NCBI GenBank assembly: GCA_038237595.1
Contig: JBBRYO010000008.1
Span: forward strand, 3,828-27,827
Length of the DNA: 24,000 nucleotides
Reading direction: 5' to 3'
Source: Candidatus Limnocylindrales bacterium
GTDB lineage: Bacteria; Chloroflexota; Limnocylindria; Limnocylindrales; CSP1-4
Shown: in pieces, positions 19,088 to 24,000 of the stretch
How positions within the stretch are numbered: position 1 is the stretch's first letter
How the letters are laid out: every line of letters starts with the position of its first letter
Made by a program: the position numbers and the translations under genes
The notes under the pieces: model-generated
Databases searched by the model: none
What the model saw: only the letters and a program-made list of their open reading frames with translations
What the model was told of the DNA's origin: nothing

Positions 19088-19116
19088 TTGCACAGGCAGG
19101 GTCGTTCGGGTAAGGT
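19088..19116 (+). promoter_or_regulatory. Candidate promoter of an orphan small transcription unit
   Basis: TTGCAC (19088-19093), exactly 17-nt spacer, TAAGGT (19111-19116). Confidence 0.45.
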
Positions 19117-19121
19117 GCTCG

Positions 19122-19256
19122 AGAACGAAAGGAGGTGATGTGCAGTGATCGACAGTAAGCAGCGCTGCACCACCTCGGAGGATCGGCGCTAAGTCGACCC
19201 GACCGGGTGGTGAAAGCAGCCACGAAAACGCCGGCCCGTCTTGGGCCGGCGTTCGT
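19122..19256 (+). ncRNA. Candidate structured small RNA or leader (family not recognised), with optional micro-ORFs
   Basis: Bounded by the promoter above and the intrinsic-terminator hairpin below. It contains GAAAGGAGGTGAT (19127-19139). A 12-bp interrupted helix pairs 19132-19137/19171-19176 and 19140-19145/19165-19170. The alternative 7-8-bp helix pairs 19168-19175 with 19205-19212. Confidence 0.4.
19227..19253 (+). terminator. Intrinsic-terminator-like hairpin
   Basis: AACGCCGGCCC-gtctt-GGGCCGGCGTT, an 11-bp stem (9 consecutive G/C-containing pairs) with a 5-nt loop. The trailing sequence TTCGTGCGT is only a weak U-tract. Confidence 0.6.
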
Positions 19257-19355
19257 GCGTCCGGACGAATCCGTCCGCCACCACACCGATTGACCGCCGC
19301 GCCACCCTGCCGCGGCTTCAGTCGCTTCCAGCCCGACCATCCAGGAGCCTCGAAG

Positions 19356-19826
19356 ATGAGCGAGACCGTCGCCATCAACCGCAAAGCACGCTACGAGTTC
19401 AGCATCGAGGACACCCTCGAGGCTGGCATTGTGCTGACCGGCACGGAGATCAAGAGCATCCGCGACGGAAAGGCCAACCTCCAGGACGCATACGCCCGGA
19501 TCGAGCGCGGAGAGGCTTGGCTGGTGGGCGCCCACATCGCGCCGTGGGCCGGCGGCAACCGCAACAACCACGAGCCGCGCCGCGACCGGAAGCTGTTGCT
19601 CCATCGCGTCCAGATCGACCAGCTGCTCGGCAAGACAAAGGCGAAGGGTCTCACGCTCATCCCGTTGCGGCTCTACATCACCGATCGCGGCCGGGCGAAG
19701 CTGGAGCTGGCGCTGGCCCGCGGCAAGCAGCTCCATGACAAGCGCCGCGACATCGCCGATCGAGATGCGCGCCGGGACATGCAACGACAGCTGGCTGACG
19801 TGACACGCGGTCGGAACGACGGGTGA
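19356..19826 (+). CDS. smpB: SsrA-binding protein SmpB
   Basis: NRKARYEFSIEDTLEAGIVLTGTEIKSIRDGKANLQDAYA...NHEPRRDRKLLLHR...LIPLRLY. AGGAG sits 8 nt upstream of ATG 19356. Confidence 0.95.
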   Translation: MSETVAINRKARYEFSIEDTLEAGIVLTGTEIKSIRDGKANLQDAYARIERGEAWLVGAHIAPWAGGNRNNHEPRRDRKLLLHRVQIDQLLGKTKAKGLTLIPLRLYITDRGRAKLELALARGKQLHDKRRDIADRDARRDMQRQLADVTRGRNDG

Positions 19827-19847
19827 CCGCGGGCTGACCGAGCGCAT

Positions 19848-19870
19848 CCGAGCCGCGGCTCGGCTTGTTG
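19848..19870 (+). terminator. Candidate intrinsic terminator after smpB
   Basis: CCGAGC-cgcg-GCTCGG (19848-19863) followed by CTTGTTG. Confidence 0.5.
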
Positions 19871-19882
19871 TAGGGTGCGGGC

Positions 19883-21400
19883 GTGAGCGGCGATCGGGTC
19901 ATCCTCGCCCTGGACCAGGGCACGACATCGTCACGTGCCATTGCCGTCGACGCGAGGGGAAGGATCGTCGCCTCCGCACAGCGCGACTTTCCCCAGAAGT
20001 ACCCGAGCCCCGGGCACGTGACCCACGATCCAGAACAGATCTGGGGCAGCCAGCTCGAAGCCGCGCGCGAAGTGGTGGCTGCGGTCGGAGGGGCGGCGTT
20101 CATCGCGGCCATCGGCATCACGAACCAGCGCGAGACGACGGTCGTCTGGGATCGCGCCACCGGGCTCCCGGTCGCGGACGCCATCGTCTGGCAGAGCCGC
20201 ATCACGGCACCCTTCTGCGAAGAGCTGCGCAGGCGCGGCGTCGAGCCGCTCGTACGGTCGCGAACCGGCCTGCCGCTCGACGCGTACTTCTCGGGACCGA
20301 AGATCCGCCACATCCTGGACGCCGAGCTGCCGTTGCGGTCCCGCGCCGTGGCCGGGGAGCTGTGCTTCGGGACCGTCGACTCGTTCCTGCTGTGGCGGCT
20401 GACCGGCGGACGTGTGCACGCCACGGACGTCTCGAATGCAAGCCGGACGCTCCTCTTCGATATCCACCGCCTCCGCTGGGACGAGGAGCTGCTCGCCCTG
20501 ATGGAGGTCCCGGCGGCGGTCCTGCCGGCCGTCCACGCAACGAGCGAGGTTTTTGGCGAGACCTCCCCGGACCTCTTCGGTTCGAGCATCCCGATCGCCG
20601 CCATGGCGGGCGACCAGCAGGCGGCGACCTTCGGGCAGGCTTGCCTCCACGCCGGACAGGCGAAGACGACCTACGGCACGGGCGCCTTTCTGCTGCTCAC
20701 GACCGAGGGCCTGGCCGTCGAGTCGAGCCACGGCCTCCTGACCACGATCGGCTGGCAGCTGGCCGCGGGTGCGCCGGTGAGCTACGCGCTCGAAGGTTCG
20801 GTGTTCGTCGCGGGGGCGGCGGTGCAGTGGCTGCGGGACGGGCTGCACGGCATCGCATCGGCGGCCGAGATCGAGGCGCTGGCGACGTCGGTGCCGGACA
20901 GCGGCGGCGTTGTGTTCGTGCCTGCTTTCGTGGGCCTGGGCGCCCCGTACTGGGACCCGGACGCTCGCGGTGCGATGTTCGGCCTGACGCGCGGCACCGG
21001 GCTCGGCGAGATCGCCCGGGCCACGCTCGAGTCCATCTGCTTCCAGGTCCGCGACGTCATCGATGCCATGTCCGCCGACACAGGTTCCGCCCTCGACGTA
21101 CTGCGTGTCGACGGGGGCGCGGCGGTCAACGGCACGCTCCTCCAACTCCAGGCAGACGTCCTCGGCGTCCCTGTGGAGCGCCCGGCGTCGACCGAATCGA
21201 CCGCGCTCGGCGCCGCATACCTGGCGGGCCTTGCCGTCGGGTTCTGGAAGGATCCGTCCGAGATCGAGGCAAACTGGCGGCTCGATCGCCGTTTCGAGCC
21301 GCGGATGGCGGCGGGCGAGCGCGACCGGAGCTACGAACGCTGGCAGCAGGCCGTCGCTGCGACGCGCGCCTGGTCGGGCTCCCCGGCCACGAACCGGTGA
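19883..21400 (+). CDS. glpK: Glycerol kinase
   Basis: [14 protein letters not shown]...[17 protein letters not shown]...AIVWQSR...[10 protein letters not shown]...FGGY-family C-terminus. GTG 19883 lies 6 nt after TAGGGT (19871-19876) with no clear SD. Confidence 0.95.
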   Translation: MSGDRVILALDQGTTSSRAIAVDARGRIVASAQRDFPQKYPSPGHVTHDPEQIWGSQLEAAREVVAAVGGAAFIAAIGITNQRETTVVWDRATGLPVADAIVWQSRITAPFCEELRRRGVEPLVRSRTGLPLDAYFSGPKIRHILDAELPLRSRAVAGELCFGTVDSFLLWRLTGGRVHATDVSNASRTLLFDIHRLRWDEELLALMEVPAAVLPAVHATSEVFGETSPDLFGSSIPIAAMAGDQQAATFGQACLHAGQAKTTYGTGAFLLLTTEGLAVESSHGLLTTIGWQLAAGAPVSYALEGSVFVAGAAVQWLRDGLHGIASAAEIEALATSVPDSGGVVFVPAFVGLGAPYWDPDARGAMFGLTRGTGLGEIARATLESICFQVRDVIDAMSADTGSALDVLRVDGGAAVNGTLLQLQADVLGVPVERPASTESTALGAAYLAGLAVGFWKDPSEIEANWRLDRRFEPRMAAGERDRSYERWQQAVAATRAWSGSPATNR

Positions 21401-23043
21401 GCGACGTCGCATCGCCCGCTTTGCTGGAGGGGCGCCGGCGCGACCTGCAGACCCTGGCCCGCGAGGAATGGGACCTCGTGGTCGTCGGCGGCGGGATCGT
21501 CGGGACGGGAGTGCTCCTGGATGCCGCGTCGCGCGGCCTCCGCGCGGCTCTCGTCGAGCAGGAGGACATCGCCTCGGGCACGTCGTCCAAGAGCTCCCGG
21601 CTCATCCACGGCGGGCTGCGCTACCTGGAGCAGTTCCACTTCGGACTGGTGCGCGAGGCGCTGTCCGAGCGATCCCGCCTGATGCGATTGGCTCCGCACC
21701 TGGTGCGCCCCGAGCGGTTCTTGTTCCCGGTGTACGGGCTGCCGGCGGTGCACAGGGTCTTCTACGGAAGCGGGATGGTCCTCTACGACCGGCTCGGATC
21801 CGCACGGGACGTTGGCCGCTCGCGGCATCTCGGAGCCGCGGCGACCCTGGAGCTCGCCCCAGACCTGCGCCGGGCGGGGTTGCGCGGGGGCATCCTCTAT
21901 CACGATGCCGTCGAGGACGACGCCAGGTTCGCCCTCGCGGTCACGCGCACTGCGATTGGACGCGGAGCACTGGCGCTGACCCGCGTGCGGGCGACCGGCG
22001 TCCGTTCAGAAGGCGGCATGCTCACGGGACTCGAGCTCAGGGACGTGCTCTCGGGCGACCCGCTCAGCGTGAAGACGCGGCGGGTCGTTGACGCCACTGG
22101 TGTCTGGGCGGCGCGTGCGGATCGCGCCTTTGCCGGCACGCCCGCCACGCTGGTCCCCTCGCGAGGCTCGCACCTCATCGTCCGGCGCGAACGGATCCCG
22201 CTCCGGCATGGGCTCACCATCCGCGTGCCCGGCAAGGTCGTCTTCGTCATTCCGTGGAACGCGCGTTGGCTCATCGGCACGACCGACCAGCCCGACGCCG
22301 GGATCCCGGAGCACGTTTCCGCCACGCCCGCCGAGGTCGACGAGCTGCTGGCGGCCGTCAATGGGACGCTCCGCGTGGACCTGGCGCGCGGCGACCTGGT
22401 GGGCACGTACGCCGGCTTCCGCCCGCTGGTTGGAAACGCCCGACGCGGATCGACCGTGACGGTCAGCCGCGAGCACCGGGTCCAGGTCGATCGACCGGGC
22501 CTCGTGCGCGTGAGCGGCGGCAAGTACACCACCTACCGGGTGATGGCGGCCGACGCCGTCGATGCAGCGCTCGGGGGAGAGGCGAAAGGCAGGCCATCGA
22601 AGACCGATGACCTTCCAATCATTGGCGCGAGCGATCCGACCGGGCTGAGCGCACTGGCTGCCGACCTCTCGACGTTGGGGTTGGAGGCGACGGTCGCGGA
22701 GCGCCTGGTCGCACGGCACGGCACCGAGGCCGCCGAGGTGGTCGAGCTCGGCAAGGCGACTGACACCCTGCGCCGCCTCGGCCCTGGCATTGACCAGCTC
22801 GAAGCCGAGGTCATCTGGGCCCTGCGCAGCGAGCTTGCCCTCGGGCTCGACGACGTGCTGGCCCGCCGCATGCGCCTCGCCCAGGAGCTGCCGGATCGTG
22901 GAGCCTCGATCGTCGAGCGCGTTTCGAGCCTGGTCGGCGCCGAGCTCGGCTGGGACGAGCCGCGGCGCACCGCCGAGGTCGCGCGCTACCTCGACTTGGC
23001 CCTCGCGGAATATGGCGTGCCTGCGGCGGCGGCGGAGCGCTAG
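21397..23043 (+). CDS. glpD: FAD-dependent glycerol-3-phosphate dehydrogenase/oxidase
   Basis: [58 protein letters not shown] 21397 overlaps the glpK TGA (GTGA). The upstream 345 codons of the 893-aa ORF are an alternate frame of glpK. Confidence 0.9.
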   Translation: MSDVASPALLEGRRRDLQTLAREEWDLVVVGGGIVGTGVLLDAASRGLRAALVEQEDIASGTSSKSSRLIHGGLRYLEQFHFGLVREALSERSRLMRLAPHLVRPERFLFPVYGLPAVHRVFYGSGMVLYDRLGSARDVGRSRHLGAAATLELAPDLRRAGLRGGILYHDAVEDDARFALAVTRTAIGRGALALTRVRATGVRSEGGMLTGLELRDVLSGDPLSVKTRRVVDATGVWAARADRAFAGTPATLVPSRGSHLIVRRERIPLRHGLTIRVPGKVVFVIPWNARWLIGTTDQPDAGIPEHVSATPAEVDELLAAVNGTLRVDLARGDLVGTYAGFRPLVGNARRGSTVTVSREHRVQVDRPGLVRVSGGKYTTYRVMAADAVDAALGGEAKGRPSKTDDLPIIGASDPTGLSALAADLSTLGLEATVAERLVARHGTEAAEVVELGKATDTLRRLGPGIDQLEAEVIWALRSELALGLDDVLARRMRLAQELPDRGASIVERVSSLVGAELGWDEPRRTAEVARYLDLALAEYGVPAAAAER

Positions 23044-23075
23044 CTCGCTGCTTCTGCGGACCCCCAAAGGGACCA

Positions 23076-23104
23076 TCGACCGAGCGGACGTTCGCTGCTA
23101 GAAT
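23076..23104 (+). promoter_or_regulatory. Candidate ssrA promoter
   Basis: TCGACC (23076-23081), 17-nt spacer, TAGAAT (23099-23104), ending 8 nt before the mature tmRNA 5' G. Confidence 0.45.
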
Positions 23105-23112
23105 CCCCGGAT

Positions 23113-23484
23113 GGGGATGCGTGGTCTCGACAGGGCCAGATTCCCGAGGAACGCGAGTCGAGGTTGCTATCTGGCCTCGTTAAAAAGGTAGCAAAACGAA
23201 GTAACTGGCAATCGCCAGCCGACTCTCGCTCTCGCTGCTTAGGCAGTAGAGTGAGCGTGGAAGCAGCCTCCTCCCCGTGGGCTGTGGAAGCGTCATTCAG
23301 CGGGGATGCGCCTTCGAGTAGCGTCGCGTAGTCGGAGGCAAAGCCCGAAAGGGGACGTGACTGGAACGGTCAGGATGCTGCCGATGGCAGCCTGATCGCT
23401 CGACGATAAAGCATCGGACACACTCGTAGTGGTCCTCGGCTGAAGGTTCTGGACGGGGAGTTCGACTCTCCCCCATCTCCACCA
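23113..23484 (+). ncRNA. ssrA: Transfer-messenger RNA (tmRNA)
   Basis: 5' GGGGAUG pairs with 3' CAUCUCC-A-CCA, including the G3:U alanine identity pair. T-arm GGGGAGTTCGACTCTCCCC. The internal tag frame ends ...GGC AAT CGC CAG CCG ACT CTC GCT CTC GCT GCT TAG (GNRQPTLALAA*, 23207-23242). Confidence 0.95.
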
Positions 23485-23525
23485 TCGAATACCGAACGAA
23501 AGCCCGGATGCGTGTCCATAACCTG

Positions 23526-23552
23526 ATGAGTTGTCATGAAATGACAGTTCAT
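23526..23552 (+). repeat. AT-rich 12-bp inverted repeat/hairpin 42 nt downstream of tmRNA
   Basis: ATGAGTTGTCAT-gaa-ATGACAGTTCAT: 10 Watson-Crick pairs plus 2 G:U pairs when read as plus-strand RNA. It sits in a locally low-GC patch and has no U-tract. Confidence 0.35.
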
Positions 23553-23989
23553 GGGTAGAAGGCGGCAGCCATCATGGCCGGAGCGTCCACCGCCGAGGTG
23601 GATGAGGCCACCTGAGCGGAAACCAGGACAAGCCGAATCGACCCGACGAGCACGACGCAGAGACACGTGAGTTCGGCGGTCATCTGCCGCGGACGGCCTG
23701 TGCGAAGTGCGCCGCCCGAGGCAAGACGTGGCCGGCGCGAAGCACGTGCACAGCTGGCCCTCGCCGAGGGCGAATGACTGGTCGGCCAACTTGATCGAGG
23801 CGCGCGGGCGCCGCACCGGGTTACCGTGATCGTCGTGCCAGTTGCCCTGCCGGACCCACCGCCTTGCAGGGTGGACCAGATGTCCAGATGCAACTCGACC
23901 TGATCGACACGCACGATCTGGCTATTGAGCACGCGCCGGACGTCCCGGATGACCACGCGCATGGGCGCGTCGTGTCGCACGTACGCCAT
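23549..23989 (-). pseudogene. Unidentified minus-strand ORF whose coding signal appears to switch frames (possible decayed gene)
   Basis: ATG 23989 is preceded by GAGAAGGA. The first 56 or so codons have high G/C third positions (46/56 by hand). From about 23865 to 23735 the best third-position signal (29/30 G/C) is instead in the frame of ORF 23370-23816. No family recognised. The ORF may also extend beyond the window edge. Confidence 0.3.
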
Positions 23990-24000
23990 CAGTCCTTCTC

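Noticed and set aside
19138-19192. Calling the 2-, 6- or 15-codon micro-ORFs after the super-SD as protein-coding genes.
   Set aside because: They are too short to evaluate by composition. The SD is sequestered in a 12-bp helix and there is no way to judge conservation here. They are reported only as part of the RNA-unit finding.
19195-19225. Resemblance of GACCGGGTGGTGAAAGCAGCCAC to the SRP (4.5S) RNA domain IV motif (…CCGGAAGGAAGCAGCC…).
   Set aside because: Only the AAGCAGCC string matches. The tetraloop is not GNRA, the required complementary 5'/3' long helix is absent, and the region is embedded in a differently folding unit. Probably coincidental, though cmscan would settle it.
23455-23484. 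tRNA-like T-arm/acceptor (GGGGAGTTCGACTCTCCCCCATCTCCACCA) as a separate tRNA gene.
   Set aside because: It is the 3' tRNA-like domain of the tmRNA, whose 5' partner is at 23113-23119. There is no anticodon arm or D-arm in a tRNA-sized interval.
23888-24000. Plus-strand ORF running off the window end (MQLDLIDTHDLAIEHAPDVPDDHAHGRVVSHVRHQSF...).
   Set aside because: Its third-position G/C (about 68% by hand count) is lower than the overlapping minus-strand frame (about 82%). It has no SD and no recognisable motif.

Overview
High-GC bacterial chromosomal segment (sample 60-nt lines in typical genes count about 45-47 G+C), tightly packed and mostly housekeeping. Left to right: gyrA 3' end, prs, a small membrane protein, a LUD-domain gene divergent from a MarR regulator, a Y_phosphatase3-type tyrosine phosphatase, secA (minus strand), then a long plus-strand run. 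That run is an unrecognised 83-codon cysteine-rich ORF, prfB (with the classical programmed +1 frameshift), a GNAT acetyltransferase, a dimethylglycine/sarcosine-dehydrogenase-like flavoprotein, a HisN-like IMPase-family phosphatase, an APC permease, a choline/ethanolamine-kinase-family protein, ftsE, ftsX, an S41 C-terminal processing peptidase, smpB, glpK, glpD and tmRNA (ssrA). The prfB...ftsE-ftsX-smpB...ssrA backbone resembles the arrangement I recall from Mycobacterium tuberculosis, so an actinobacterium-like or similar high-GC lineage is plausible but unproven. I saw no rRNA, tRNA, CRISPR array, transposase or integrase. Two items are unexplained by ordinary annotation. (1) The Cys-rich ORF at 7165-7416 has two CX3CX2C motifs plus CPC, and its UAG stop directly abuts the prfB ATG. 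(2) A self-contained promoter-to-terminator unit of about 135 nt at 19088-19256 carries a 13-nt perfect complement to the conserved 16S rRNA 3' tail, locked in a helix with an anti-SD-like segment that also has an alternative partner. Secondary points are the chain of 4-nt start/stop overlaps tying prfB to metabolic genes, a compositionally atypical permease, candidate leaderless starts, and a frame-hopping decayed ORF plus an AT-rich hairpin just after tmRNA. All family calls rest on motifs I recognise by eye; no database search was possible.
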